A stretch of DNA of 64,000 nucleotides, taken from contig OZ024740.1 in NCBI GenBank assembly GCA_964016885.1, positions 386,570,001 to 386,634,000 on the forward strand, written 5' to 3'. This DNA comes from Eledone cirrhosa (taxonomy: Eukaryota). Position numbers and translations under genes: made by a program. This document shows, piece by piece, positions 13,865 to 32,620 of this stretch (positions are counted from its first letter, which is position 1; the number at the start of each line of letters is the position of its first letter). The notes under the pieces are model-generated. The model was not told where the DNA came from, made no database searches, and worked only from the letters and a program-made list of their open reading frames with translations.

Positions 13865-15010
13865 TTAGAGACCCCCCTGGGAATAGCGTTTAGGACTGAT
13901 TTGGGGGTGGTTGGAGCTGGCGTTTACATATGTTAGTCTATCATTAGGTTTATGGTAGGGTGCAAATGTTTTAGTTTCTAGGTCAAGGGTGGCGTCTAGG
14001 AAGTTTACTGTTTTGTCATTTGCATCTATGGTAATACTTAGATTAAAGCTTTTAAAGAACCTACGTAACTGTTTCCTAGTTCTTTCTATATTGCACTTTT
14101 TATACTCGAGAGTGAGGAGGGCGCCATCACGATATAAGCCGCCCTTCAAATGCGGTAATGTCTCATGTAACTTCTTTAAGAGGTACAATCCTACCAGGTC
14201 CGTTACTTGTGCAGAGTCACTAGATCCCATTGTGATGTCGAAGTTATTGGGCGTATTCTTGCGGGACCACAATTCGTCCTCAAATGTGATTATCGTTTTC
14301 CGGGCCGCAAGAATGACATCAATTTGAGACCTAGTGAGGTCACTTTTCTGCATGGCCATGATTAGGGCCTTATTAAGGAGTATGGGGGAGATTGAGGTGT
14401 AGTACGCATAGATGTCGAATTGTATAAATTTAAGGGATTTATGGTTGCTAAGGCTTGAGAACCATTTCAAAACCTCTTCCGTATTCTCCCATAGCTCTAG
14501 ATTTATTTTACTCCTGATGGTAGGTATAAGGCCGTCTAAAATTTTCTTACTGATAATCCCTATATCTGACTTCGATGGGCTAATTAATCTAACAGAGGGT
14601 TTACTAATGAAGACAGCCTTATGGTCTTTAAGGGTGAACCTGGGTTGCCTAGGGGTATATGGTTGGGTATACTTTTCCAGGCCTAGTTTATCCACTATGG
14701 CGCATGCTTCCTTATTAATTTCATCTAGGTTTGCGCTTGTTGTCTTTTTATAGTTTCTATTTAATTCATTGTATATAAACCTGCGATACGTATCATAATT
14801 TAAGCTATAAATATTTCTGGTTTTATCCGAGGTGACCAGGATATCTCTTTTATCGTTAAAGCCCTTGACTAAGGTTTCCAGTTTCATCCGGAATTTGTTG
14901 CTATTCCCATGGGGGTTTTTAAACTTAATATTCCTTACTAGTGATAGGAGGTCATTCTCAAATCCATCTAGCATGGAGTTATGGGGCGGGCTCCTATAGG
15001 TTTTAAAGTT
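13865..15010 (-). pseudogene. PLE reverse transcriptase, 5'-truncated, catalytic YRDD changed to YRDG
   Basis: SDKT, LKDHK, RLISP, FDIYAYYTSI, ITMGS, LYRDG, FLD...YHKP motifs. Confidence 0.92.
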
Positions 15011-16030
15011 TTTGAGTTGAAATACATATAAATATGTGTCTGTGTGTATCGGACACACGTACACATAAAGAAACTGCTGACCTAAATGTACCTGTCATGC
15101 CTGTCTGAATTCCTAAGAGAACTTTCGGTCAGTTACTATCTTGACCGATTACCCTCACAATTACTACGTAGCGGTTCTTGCACGTGACTGCTGGACCCGG
15201 ATGAAACGAAGACGAAGAATTTCCTTGCGTACCGTTTTGTACGACAGATGCGATCTCACTCTGCCTCGTTAATGTTTAATCGACACCAAAGTTCTACGTT
15301 CGGGGCAATAGAATTGAATCCAACCACCGACAACATAGTTGGATGACCGATAATCACACCAAACCGGAGTACTGTGATCCTTGTGATTTCGAGATATACA
15401 ACCACTGACACTGTTACGAAGACCAGAAAACCATACTCCATAATATTGAACCAAGTGATTGATTTGTGCGACCAAAATAACACCACACACATATTGAACT
15501 AGGAATATTGGATCCTCCGTCAATGTCTGGGTGAGCAAAAATAGATTTCTATCTGCATTGGAATTTACGAACTTGTGCATCTGCTGTGGTGTCAAAAACA
15601 AACGCACATGACCGCACAGATGAACAAAGGACTATGCCACGTGGCTTGAACCTGCAAGTGAATTGAAGGATGTGTAACTCTAATATACAGATTATTTATT
15701 ATTAAGATGTATAAACTTGACATAACTATTATCATCTTATATTCTCTCAAATAATCACATTTGATTATATTTCTCTATCCCGTTTTCTCCCCCCATATTT
15801 ATAATATTTTTATTTGAAAAATCGTTTTTTTACATTGTGTTTTCCCCTTCTAATACTTGCTTATATTTCTTTATATATTCTCTATATATTTTTTTATATA
15901 TATTTTTATCATTATTCTTATCTTCACTTTTATCCTCCTTTATATTTTACCTTATTCTTACTTTTATACCTTATTATAGTGTAATCTTCCCCATGCCTTA
16001 TTACACATTATTAATTATAGATTATTATAA

Positions 16031-16216
16031 GCGGTGGATTGGCAGTATCAGTAGAGGGTCGGACGCCATGCTTTCCAGCATAGTTACGTCCCTTTACGAT
16101 CTGAGTTCAAATCCCGCCGAGGTTGACTTTGCCTTTCATCCTTACGGGGTCGATAAAATAAAGTACCAGTAATGCACTGAGTAATTGCTGGCCTTGTGCC
16201 TAAAGTAGAAACAATT
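16031..16216 (+). mobile_element. SINE inserted in the right PLE arm
   Basis: Absent from the left arm; flanked by a duplicated ttaattatagattatta. Confidence 0.88.
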
Positions 16217-16540
16217 AATTATAGATTATTATTATTATTCTTTTTCCATTTCTAATTACCTCATGTACGTTCTCCTCCGTTATATATATATTGTATGCTC
16301 TTTGTGTGTGTGTAGCCTCTGCACACCCTCTGCACCCTACTATCGACGCCACCCCATCTATGGCTCCACTAACCACTCAACTCCCGGGAATGAATATGAC
16401 CACAACTAGTAAACAAGGACCCACACCCCACCCTCCCGCACCAAAATTAGACTTATCGTCCCCTGCTTTTGCTCTTTACTCTATTTACTCTTTGTTCTTG
16501 AATGTTTGGTTGGTAGAGTCCATAACACCAATCAAATCCC

Positions 16541-16600
16541 TTTTATAGCTCTGACGAATCCTACGGTTACGTAAGGAAGAAACATTGTAAGCCAATAAAA
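16541..16600 (+). ncRNA. Hammerhead ribozyme (family E), inverted copy
   Basis: Reverse complement of 10526-10585. Confidence 0.75.
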
Positions 16601-16634
16601 ATCTTTTGATGTTGTAGACGCTCTTGTGTTCTTT

Positions 16635-16681
<47 letters not shown>

Positions 16682-17002
16682 GAGAAAGAACAAAAATAAT
16701 ATAAAATAAATATTTTATATATAAAAATTTGACAAGTAATAAATAAATAAAAAAAAAAAATATATATATATTTAGAAAAGGGTATAAATGCCCATAGCAG
16801 ACCTAGAGCACTCAACAAGTTCATGGAGCAATAGATCAATGAAAATATTCATCAAATCACTATATATAATGATGCACATACATACACCCTAATACAATTA
16901 TACATATACACACACACACACATAAAAATATATACATACACACACACACAAAAAAAGCCCAACCACAGAAATACAAACACACATACAAAAACGTATATAT
17001 AC

Positions 17003-17087
<85 letters not shown>

Positions 17088-17190
17088 TAGGAAGAAGCCT
17101 GACCCTACGGCAAAGCTCAAGCCTTTTCTGAGGCTATATATATATATATATATATATATAGCTATGTAAGAAACAACATAAGGCAATTAT

Positions 17191-17247
17191 TCCAATTACC
17201 AGTGGTTTCTTAAAAGCAAAAAATTTGCCTTCAATCATCAAAATGAA
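17191..17247 (-). ncRNA. Family-C hammerhead with core C3 changed to U
   Basis: ttcatt-TTGATGA-stem II-GAAA-ccactgg-TA-attgga. Confidence 0.65.
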
Positions 17248-17261
17248 AAAATCCTGGTCTA

Positions 17262-17332
<71 letters not shown>

Positions 17333-18004
17333 ATATATATATATATACACATACACATACATACACATACATTATGGTATGTGAAGGGTAAGGCAAAAAA
17401 ATAGGGGGGAAAAGGAGGGGGTAAAATGACATAGGAAAAGGTTAAATATAAGGGGAGATAAGGGAGAAATGTATATGTATATTTATGTGGGAGAGTGTGT
17501 GTATGTATTTATTTTTACGTATGTATGTGTACGTGCATTTGTGTGTATTGCTTACCACGTGTGTTTTTTCATTTATTTGTTGCCTGTATCGCTGTCAACT
17601 TTTGTCTTTATTATTTTTTATATATATTTTTTCTTATATTTATTTGCGTGTGTGAATATGTAGAGGTGTGTGTATATTTTTCTAATATTGTGCATGCATA
17701 TGTATGCATGTACATATGTGTGTATGTATGTGTTTGTATGTACGTGTGTATATACGTATGATTGTGTGTATGTATGTATGTATGTATATGTATGTGTATA
17801 TGGCTATGTATATGAATGTGTATGCATATATATATATATATATTTCTATTTCTATATATATATGTGTATATATATGTGTGTGGTTGTATATATGTATGTG
17901 TATGTATGGATATGTTGATATTTATGTGTGTATGTATGTATGTGTGTATGTATGTGTATGTATATATATATATACACATATATATGTGTATATGTGTGTG
18001 TGTA

Positions 18005-18049
<45 letters not shown>

Positions 18050-18201
18050 GTGGATGTATATTATCGCGTGTGTGTGTGTGTGTGTTTGCATGTGTGTTTT
18101 TATTTTATTTTTCCTTTCCTTCTTCCTTCTCCAGCCTCACTTTCATATAGACTGCATTTTTGTTTTTTAAGAATCCAATTCAATAAATAGACCAGGATTT
18201 T

Positions 18202-18259
18202 TTCATTTTGATGATTGAAAGCAAAATTATTTGCTTTTAAGAAACCACTGGTAAATGGA
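18202..18259 (+). ncRNA. Family-C hammerhead with core C3 changed to U
   Basis: ttcatt-TTGATGA-ttgaaagcaaaattatttgcttttaa-GAAA-ccactgg-TA-aatgga. Confidence 0.65.
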
Positions 18260-18356
18260 ATAATTGCCTTATGTTCTTTATTACATAACTATTAAGCTCT
18301 GTTACTTACATAGAGCACTCTTTTTTCCTGGACTTTTCCGACGGAATTACTTCATT

Positions 18357-18440
<84 letters not shown>

Positions 18441-18441
<1 letters not shown>

Positions 18442-18665
18442 CCACTGGGAGTGAAGGATCCCTAGCCTTTGTCAGGGAATTCTTCTAGGAGAAGGCAACT
18501 CAGGAAACTGGGTTAACTCCGATATAAAACCTGCGGCTCAGTAGTTACCGATAATGTTGATCTTTTCTTCTTTTGGGTTACTGTCGCTCAGAGAGTGGGA
18601 TTGGCTCAGTTCACAGTCTTTCCTCACTTTAAAAATATCTTCACGCACAGGCATTGCACGATGGA
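18441..18665 (+). mobile_element. Diverged relative of the 1643-2251 repeat
   Basis: Shares tagcctttgtca..ttctaggagaagg..gagagtggga.tggct..cacaggcattgc. Confidence 0.55.
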
Positions 18666-18769
18666 ATTAATTAATAATTATTAATAATGGTATATCGTGC
18701 AATGGCTCTACTCGATAACGAGGAGGCAGCCATCATATAAGTAGTTCCACTACAGTTAATTCACCATTT

Positions 18770-18810
18770 CCGAGAACAATTGTTTCACCTTATTCGGATC
18801 ATCAGCTCGG
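18770..18810 (-). ncRNA. Compact hammerhead ribozyme (family F)
   Basis: ccgag-CTGATGA-tccgaataaggt-GAAA-caattg palindrome-TT-ctcgg. Confidence 0.75.
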
Positions 18811-19104
18811 TTTAAATGAGACTGTACGGAAAAGGAAAAACAATTGTACGAATACGCATGTGCAGACGAAATCACTTCCCAAAGGGGAGGTAACCCACGT
18901 TAGATCGGTGCAAGTAATAGATGATTATTCATGTTATTCAGTCCAGAATATAATAGATTATTCATGTTAGTCAGTTTGAAGCATTAAAATTACGTAATAG
19001 GTATTTCCAAACGTGCGGACAACGCGAGAGTTTAACCAAGCGTGATTACGCAGGTTCCTCAGGATATTGATTCCTTCTTCAATGAACAGCCCTCAATACG
19101 GATT

Positions 19105-19200
19105 CCCAGTCATGGCTTAGACTTAGTAATAACTTTCTATTGAATGGAGTAATCCACGCCTGTATCTTTGAGGGACCATATGGGGCTCGCGAGCCTCGTG
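19105..19200 (-). pseudogene. Degenerate PLE GIY-YIG C-terminal remnant
   Basis: Manual translation LASPIWSLKDTGVDYSIQ*KVITKSKP resembles LASKVWDLKDSNIPYSIDW in ORF 8119-8514. Confidence 0.65.
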
Positions 19201-19289
19201 GACGATCGTTGATCTGAGTATAATCTATCGACATTCAGATACCCGGACAAATGATCGAATAAAGGCGAAAGGAGCGACTGCTACAACTA

Positions 19290-20762
19290 CAGGGGCATCT
19301 CCCTTCTCATTGTCGTCGGTAAGATCCGCCTGCAGTCATCTTGATCCCGAGCCGAGCGATAAACAGTAGACATGGTCTTCTCCATCCACCAACTATAGGA
19401 GAAGTGCAGGGAACAGAACATGCCCCTGTATGTTGCTTTTATCGACCTCACTAAGGCGTTTGACCTGATTAGTAGAGACGGCCTTTTCAAGATCCTCCCA
19501 AATATTGACTGCCCACCGGAACTGCAGAGCATGGTCGAATCTTTCCACACCAACATGAAGGGGACAGTGCAGTTTAACGGGGGAACCTCTGAGCCATTCA
19601 GCATTCGCAGCTGCGTAAAACAAGGCTGCGTCCTTATGCCCACACTCTTTGGGATCTTCTTTGCTCTGCTCTTGAAGCATGTATTCGGCACTGCAACAGA
19701 AGAGATCTTCCTACACACCAGATCTGACGGCAAGCTGTTCAACCTCTCCCACCTCAGATCGAGGACAAAGGTACGTAAAACCCACATCAGAGACATGCTG
19801 TTTGCCGGTGATGCAGCAGTTGTAACACACTCCCAACATCAACTCCAGATGCTGATGAACCGCTTCTCCCAGGCCTGCAGGGATTTTGGACTGACCATCA
19901 ACCTTGGGAAGACAAACGTCTTGGGACAGGACACAGAGGCACCACCGGTCATCAAAATCGATTACTATGATCTCGACATCGTCCATCAGTTCACCTACCT
20001 CGGTTCCCCCATCACCTCTCCCTGGACACAGAGCTCGACAGGAGGATTGGGAAGGCAGCCACAACATTTTCTCGCCTCACAACCTGAGTGTGGACAAACC
20101 CCAAGCTGGTGGTAAAGACCAAGATATCTGTGTACAATGCCTGTATCATCGGCACGCTGCTGTATGGCAGTGAGACAGGCGACTCAACACCTTCCATCTG
20201 AGAAACCTGCAGCGTATCCTGGGTATATCCTGGCTGGACAGAGTGCCCAATGCTGAGGTCCTTATTCGTGGTGGCCTTCCCAGCATGTTTACCCTGCTCC
20301 CACAGCACAGACTACGCTGGCTAGGACACGTCCACCGCATGAATGATGGCCACATTCCCAAAGACATCTTGTATGGGGAGCTGGGCTCTTTAAAGAGAGC
20401 CACCGGTCGGCCTCGGTTGCGATACAAGGACATTGTGAAGGGAGATATGAAGGCCACAGAGATCAACACAGAGTCCTGGGAGGGCTTCGCGGCTGACCGG
20501 CCAAGATGGAGAAACACCCTGAATCAACACCTCAAATCAGGGGAGGAGAGTTTGATGACTGCAGCAGCGGACAGGAGAGCCCGGCGAAAAGAGCGCAATA
20601 AATCCAACAGACCAGAGACCATATACAGATGTGTTCTATGTGACAGAGACTGTCTATGTGACATATGTCTGTTTAGCCACCGGAGACGCTGCTCTAGCCG
20701 AGCTGACAACAGGATACTACTCATGGTCAGCCTTGACCGAAGGAGGTCTTAACTTCTAACTT
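19290..20762 (+). mobile_element. 5'-truncated RTE (BovB-like) LINE, frameshifted
   Basis: LYVAFIDLTKAFD, VKQGCVL, LFAGD, FTYLGS, RLRWLGHVHRM, GRPRLRYKD. Confidence 0.92.
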
Positions 20763-21157
20763 ATATAGTGCCCCAACCATGTTTTCAAAAAAGAGCCAGC
20801 ATCTTAAGTTTCAAGACATTGGAAAACTAATGCTGAAAGAACTGAAGGTTTATCGTCAGGAGACGAGTTCATCAAAGAATGTGGGACAAGCAGAAAAATT
20901 ATCAAATATACCGGATCACTGCTAGATCATATATGTGAACAAGATGTATTGAATTGCCAAAGGGGACTGTCTGAATATATATCATATAATCATACCGCGT
21001 AAAAAAACCCACATGGTGTAGCAGCATGACACAACTTCAATACTGTATAAAAACTTTCTACTCACCGTATCAGGACAATGCGACGGGCATATATTGACGC
21101 TAGAAATAGCAGCCAAAACACCATCTTAGTCAGCTCAAACTATTTAAGGAGCAGTCA

Positions 21158-26165
<5,008 letters not shown>

Positions 26166-26599
26166 TTATAAATATATAACTCGACAAGGTAAACTGCCTC
26201 TAATGTAGTTTATCGCATATACATACATGTACATAGATACATACAGACTGCTACCTTTAAAACCTCCATGCTTCCTGAAATGCGCCAACACTACACCTGA
26301 TATCCCCTCCCCCCATACACACACACACATGTATATCATAACTCATGCACTGTTCACTTTCCTAACATTTGTAGATTATTCTATGTACTATACATGCGCC
26401 TTTGACGAGTTGTAGTGCATTGTACGCAATAATTTAATTATTATTTTTTTTATAATATATATATTTCGTTTCTGAATTTGTTTAGCAAGATTCTTTATCT
26501 GAAAACGTGTGTTTAAACCGATATTGTTATACTTTGGGAGGGTCATGTTGCCAATAAGAAACACACGCACCAGTTGCTTTCACTCCAATTTATTATAAA

Positions 26600-29172
26600 C
26601 TAGCGGAGCTACCCGGCTTCGCTCAGTGTTAAAAAGCTTATTTAGAAAAGAATAATATTAACATTTTAATCGTTATTTAAAAACTTCTGTAATTTAGTTT
26701 CTATTTTTTAGATTTTAACATTTATCTTTAAATGACTGAATGACTGACGAATTTAAAGAAAATTCGTTATAAGAACATTTAATTTGTTTTACTGAAGTGC
26801 TTTTGGATACACAATGTTTTTTGTTTTTCCTTCTGGTGCGTACACGAATAAATCAGAAGGTTTACCGACGCGTGAGCAAGCCACATACAGCTGTCCATGT
26901 GAGAAGCATGGATTTTCTAAATTTAGTCCACACACTTGTAGCGATTGTCCTTGTGCTTTGTTGATAGTCATTGCAAAGGCGAGTCGCACCGGAAACTGCA
27001 AACGTTTGAAATCGAATGGCGTATCTGTTGGAATGATTGGGATGCGTGGCAAGAGTACATCTTCTCCTTTAAATTTTCCATTTAAAATTGTAGCCTCGAT
27101 GATATTGTTCATCGTCTTTTTCACTGAAAGTCTGGTACCGTTGCAAAGTTGTGGTGGATTGATGTTTCGGAGAAGGATGATAGGCACGCCAATTTTCAAT
27201 GTTAAAATGTGCGGTGGCATGCCTGGCAAATCAAGTGAATTCAAGAATTCAATTGGATAATTGATAATTTCGTCTTGATTCATTACAGTATCGATGGACT
27301 TATACGTTGTCGCTTCGCCTGGTATTTCGTTTTGAATGCTGAAATTAATGGCATTGACATCGGTGTTTTTGGCTGCTAATATAGCACGTACACTGATGAT
27401 TTTTGTAATGCTGCGCAATATTTGGGAACACTTTGTGAATCAGTTCGTCTCTGGTTGCCGTGATTCTACAGAAGTTTGTTGGCAATGTGATACATTTTGT
27501 GGAATCATCGATTACCATTTTCCCATTCCCAATATCCAGCAATTGTTTTGTGAAACGTTCAGCGGATGCGTCATTTTGTAGTTGTACACGCATATTGTTT
27601 TTTAAAGTTAATTTCTGTACGTGTCGCCATAAAACTGATGATTTGAGACATGCATTAAGCTCATCAGCGGGTGTTGATCGCGGTATAACTGGTAGAGTTT
27701 GTCGAAAATCACCAGACAATAAAATGAGTGTGCCACCGAAGAGCTGTTCATTTCCTTTCAAATCTTTTAGCGTATTATTAAGCGCTTCCAATGATTTTTT
27801 GTGCGCCATAGTACATTCGTCCCATATAATGATTTTACATGATTGGAGTACTTTACCTATACCAGAATTTTTGGTAATATTGCATGTTGATGTCTCAGCG
27901 ATTTGCATATTCAATGGCAATTTCAGGGCTGAATGTGCTGTTCGGCCACCACCTAAAAGAGTTGCCGCAATTCCAGATGATGCGATTGCCAGTGCAATAT
28001 TATTTTCTGATCGTATAGTTGCCAAAATAAGTGAAATGAGAAAAGTTTTGCCTGTACCACCGGGCGCATCTATAAAATACAATCCGCCGCTTTGACTTAT
28101 AATTGCCTGCATAATTTGGTCATATACTATGCGTTGTTCTGGTAGCAATTTGGGAAGATTCGTTTGAACAAATGTACCCAATTCGGCGATATCAAAGTTT
28201 GTTTCTCGTTGCAAATCACGATCGAAAATGTCGTTTACAGATCGATTCGGCGCAGGCATTCCCAATTGTACCAATATTTTGTTAGCGATTGCTAAACATA
28301 TGACCTCAATGGAAACCAATGCTTCATTATACACATTTTGTGTGAATTGAATATTCATATTTTGATTTGTTGCACGCAAACGATGTAGGGTCTTCACTCA
28401 TGTAGTCTTTATATTTTTCCCAAAGATCTTTTGGATTTGATGGGAAGCACGTTGTCAATATTATTGAGAATAATGTGCGTATTTGCTTTGGTCGAGCAGT
28501 ATTCGATGCATCAGCGAGTGAAGTGTCCCAATGTCCATCATTTTCAAGAAGATTTAATTCTTGGCAAGCTTCACGATAAATAAGTGGCACATACTTGACC
28601 TTTTACTGTTCTCAATTCTTGGAATGATGTCGGTCCACGTATGTGTCCAGGTCAGGAAAATAAGGACAGACGAAATGAAGATATCAAATTACAGCACTTA
28701 GTTAAGGGCTAGCTGAAAAAGAATTCCCTGTAATGGGAGTGGAAGGGAAGTAATGTGAAACAGACATTATACTAATTCTATTGAAATTATATTAAATTAA
28801 AGAGAGAATTTACTAATTCTATTGAAATTATATTAAATTAAAGAGAGAATACTAATTCTATTGAAATTACCTTTAATTAAAAAAATTTCACACTCGCTCT
28901 TTCACTCACTCTTTGTCTATACGTTGATTTCTCTTTCTCCGTTTATAGCACTCTCTCTTTGTCTATACGTTGCTCTTTCACTCTCTCTTTGTCTATACGT
29001 TGATTTCTCTTTCTCCGTTTATAACTTTAGAGACAGTCTAATATAGGGAGTGGTTCAAAGCAGCCAGACTACTCGCTCTTTCACTCTCTGTTTGAATATA
29101 CGTTGATTTCTCTTTCTCCGTTTATATCTTTGGACAAACAAACAAACATACATTCATTTTTATATATATAGA
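26600..29172 (-). mobile_element. Internally deleted Helitron carrying a PIF1-type helicase
   Basis: 5' TCTATATATATAAAAATG, 3' hairpin and CTAG, A|T insertion; the empty site is visible in the copy at ~29755-29775. Confidence 0.92.
26789..28640 (-). pseudogene. Helitron RepHel helicase C-terminal part (frameshifted)
   Basis: APGGTGKT, WDECTM, GDFRQTLPV, LCNGTRL, FAMTINKAQGQSL, HGQLYVACSRV. Confidence 0.95.
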
Positions 29173-29247
29173 TTAAATTTATAAATAAAAAAAATTTGTA
29201 AATTTGTAAATTTCCGGTTGGTTGGTTGGTTGGTTGGTTCATATATT

Positions 29248-29290
29248 GTCAACGTTCTTTCGTCACATATTCTGTGACCTCTTCAGTGAC
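29248..29290 (-). ncRNA. Family-G hammerhead, cleavage site degenerate
   Basis: gtca-CTGAAGA-g-gtcaca/tgtgac-GAAA-gaac-GT-tgac. Confidence 0.55.
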
Positions 29291-29633
29291 TGGGGATTCT
29301 TTTCTTTGTTTTGTGCCTCTCCTTTGTTCTGTCCTACGCCATCTTGTTTTTATGTGTGTGACACACATTAAAACAAGATGGTGTAGGACAGAACAAAGGA
29401 GCGAATTTCAGGAAGCATGGAGGTTTGAAAGGTAGCAGTCTGTATGTATCTATGTACATGTATGTATATGCGATAAACTACATTAGAGACAGTTTACCTT
29501 GTCGAGTTATATATTTATAACTAGCTGAGGTACCCGGCTTCGCCCGGGTTCTGTCCTTGTGTGTGACACATACAAAAAAAGATGGCGTAGGACAAAACAA
29601 AGGAGAGGCACAAAACAAAGAAAAGAATCCCCA

Positions 29634-29676
29634 GTCACTGAAGAGGTCACAGAATGTGTGACGAAAGAACTTTGAC
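29634..29676 (+). ncRNA. Family-G hammerhead, inverted copy
   Basis: gtca-CTGAAGA-g-gtcacagaatgtgtgac-GAAA-gaac-TT-tgac. Confidence 0.7.
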
Positions 29677-29846
29677 AATATATGAACAACCGTCCGGTTG
29701 TGGAACCAGCCAACCAACCGGAAATTTACAAATTTACAAATTACTTAAATTTATAAATTTAATTTATAATAAATTGGAGTGAAAGCAACTTGTGCGTGTG
29801 TTTCGTATTGGCAACATGACCCTCCCAAAGTATAACAATGTATATA

Positions 29847-29965
<119 letters not shown>

Positions 29966-30120
29966 CAATAACAGATTAAAGTTTCAGCAAAGAATCGCTG
30001 CTTTCACCCTTAACGGGATCTTCTGAAAATCTGTTATTTTAATAAATATTTGCTCTATGGTTCTTATATATTTGATATATATTTATCCTTATGGAGCCGT
30101 CTTTGGATTTTAGGCTTCAC

Positions 30121-30253
<133 letters not shown>

Positions 30254-30296
30254 ATAAGTGTAATTCAAACATGTTAAAGTTGGCTACGTTTATTCT

Positions 30297-30363
30297 AATT
30301 CTCTGCTATACATATTTCAGTGACAGCCATTGTTGGCTGTGACCTTATCAGGCAGTAAGAATT
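30297..30363 (-). ncRNA. Degenerate hammerhead (core G8 changed to A)
   Basis: aattcttactgc-CTGATAA-stem II acagcc/ggctgt-GAAA-tatgta-TA-gcagagaatt. Confidence 0.6.
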
Positions 30364-30520
30364 AAGGCAGAAAAAACAGGAAAACATGATGTTGTAATGG
30401 GTTCTACCCTGTTAATTCATCGATATGTCCAGCTCCTTGGTGTGTTGTTAGTCCTCAAATGAACTGCATACTGAGGTGTCGGTAAACAACAACACATACT
30501 CAAAATATATATATATGTGC

Positions 30521-30646
<126 letters not shown>

Positions 30647-30716
30647 TGAAGCAAAATGTATTTATAAGAAGTCATATGTATGGAATCAGATATGTGTGTA
30701 TATATATATATATATT

Positions 30717-30850
30717 TGTGGAGGCGCGTGGCTGAGTGGTTAGAGAATTGGATTCACAATCGTGAGTTCGTGAGTTCGATTCCCGAAACGGGCGATGCGT
30801 TATGTCCTTGAGCAAGACACTTTATTTCACGTTGCTCCTTCTACCTGGAG
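30717..30850 (+). mobile_element. tRNA-derived SINE, 5' part
   Basis: A-box tggctgagtgg, B-box gagttcgattcc, followed by gtccttgagcaagacacttta. Confidence 0.75.
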
Positions 30851-30936
30851 TTGCGACCGATAGATAGTATTAGGAATTGGAAAGACCAATGGAGACATTG
30901 TTTCCTCGGTCCGATTTGACGAAAGTCGATCGACTG

Positions 30937-30995
<59 letters not shown>

Positions 30996-31229
30996 GTAGA
31001 GAAATTAATGTTAGCAAGAAGCCAACAGTAATTCATAATATATAATTCATAATATATTTAACGTAAGATATGGGAAAATAATTCAATCTCAATTCAAAAA
31101 AAAAAAAGTCAAGACAGAAATTTTATCCACAGATTTTGTGTAATCCAGGGATAAAAAAACAATAGAGTCTTAACTCAGTATAAAATTAAGGGTAAATACT
31201 TATCCTTCAATTTGGAAAAATCTCCAAAT

Positions 31230-31310
31230 GCTCTATATAGTCTTAAAAAGACTATTTCACGAAACTTTTCAGTGGGGTTAGTCACGGTTGGAGTCGTTCA
31301 TCAGTAGAGC
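31230..31310 (-). ncRNA. Hammerhead ribozyme with full stem III (family H)
   Basis: gctcta-CTGATGA-acga...tcgt-GAAA-tagtctt ttt aagacta-TA-tagagc. Confidence 0.9.
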
Positions 31311-32218
31311 TCAAACACGATAACCAAAATCATTGCTAAAATATGCCAGAAAGGAAATTTAAAAGCAGGCTAGTTACATCTCGTGTGGAATTAAGATAAT
31401 AAACACACATGGAGAACAGGGCTAGTGACGTCAGAATGAGACGAATGACTGTTTACAAGAAACAGCAGTCAAAACATTCCGAAAAAAAAATCAACAAAAG
31501 GTATGGAGTTCAGCATAAAGCAATATTAACGCGGTTAAAAAAAAAAAAAACGGGTTTAGTCACAAATAATTTTAAGCACTCTAGGAAAAATTCCGAGTAT
31601 AAATATAAATGAAAATAGAGAAATTAATGTGAGCAAGAAGCCAACAGTAATTCATAATATATAAGTGACTATTACGGCAAGATGGAAAATATTTAACGCA
31701 CACACATATCTGATTCCATACATATAACTGTTCTTATAGATACATTTTGCTTCAATGACATAGTTACTATTCTGGAGATGCAATAAGTAATAAATTGTAA
31801 GCTGGGAATTACATAAGTAGCACGTCTAAAATTCTAACTTAGTGATGAAACCTTTCATAATTCGTGGCTCGTCACAGACAAGGTTAATGGGTGCATATGA
31901 AAGTCAAAAGATGAAGAGAGTTCAGTACTACAGTGTTCTTCCCCTATCTAGCATTAAGAAGTGTTTGCTTTGACAGCTGTCGTCAAAGTTGCTGGCTTCT
32001 TGTATAGTTGACAGTCAAACTTGTCTCTTACTAATACAAAATGTCGACTGTTTCATTGATGCAGCTGGGGTCGGCGCCTGGATTCTATTCTCACAAAATA
32101 ATTTCAACTTACAGTTTCGCATGCGGGAAAACAGAGTTTTTGACACTTCTTGCTGTTTAGCAATTAATTTATTGATCGCAGAAAATTATACATTTAATTT
32201 AATTATAGGCTAATTATA

Positions 32219-32620
32219 GGCGGCGAACTGACTGAGTCATTATAACTGTTTCTACTTTTGGCACAAGGCCAGAAATAATTGTTTCTACTTTAGGCACAAG
32301 GCCAGCAATTACCCAGTGCATTACTGGTACTTTATTTTATCGACCCCGTAAGGATGAAAGGCAAAGTCAACCTCGGCGGGATTTGAACTCAGATCGTAAA
32401 GGGACGTAACTATGCTGGAAAGCATGGCGTCCGACCCTCTACCGATACTGCCAATCCACCGCCTGACTGAGTCATTATAACGTCAGATAGAATGCTTTGC
32501 AGTATTCGTTCCAACACTCTGCGCTATGAGTTCAACTTTGCCTTTCATCCTTTTGAGGTTGATAAAAAAAAGTACCAGTCCATTACTGAGGTTGATACTT
32601 CCTCTATATCTCTTTATCAC
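32219..32620. mobile_element. SINE (-, 32247-32463) nested in an older SINE (+)
   Basis: 19-bp duplication ctgactgagtcattataac at 32228-32246 and 32463-32481. Confidence 0.85.

Larger units (their letters stand above)
10487..16640 (-). mobile_element. Penelope-like (Neptune-type) element with ~1.4 kb inverted terminal arms
   Basis: 10487-11917 is inverted at 15009-16640; the interior holds RT, linker and GIY-YIG; HHR in each arm. Confidence 0.9.
16860..18355. mobile_element. Second family-C HHR element: minus segment 16860-17468 joined to plus segment 17469-18355
   Basis: 17370-17468 matches 7820-7915; 17469-17760 matches revcomp 2352-2640; 18090-18350 matches revcomp 4163-4440. Confidence 0.7.

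Noticed and set aside
20800-20866. CTGACGA...GAAA-cttaag on the minus strand
   Set aside because: No UH site and no stem I or II pairing.
29970-30035. HHR-like fold on the minus strand (CAGAAGA...GAAA...TG)
   Set aside because: Two core deviations; possibly a decayed HHR but not supportable.
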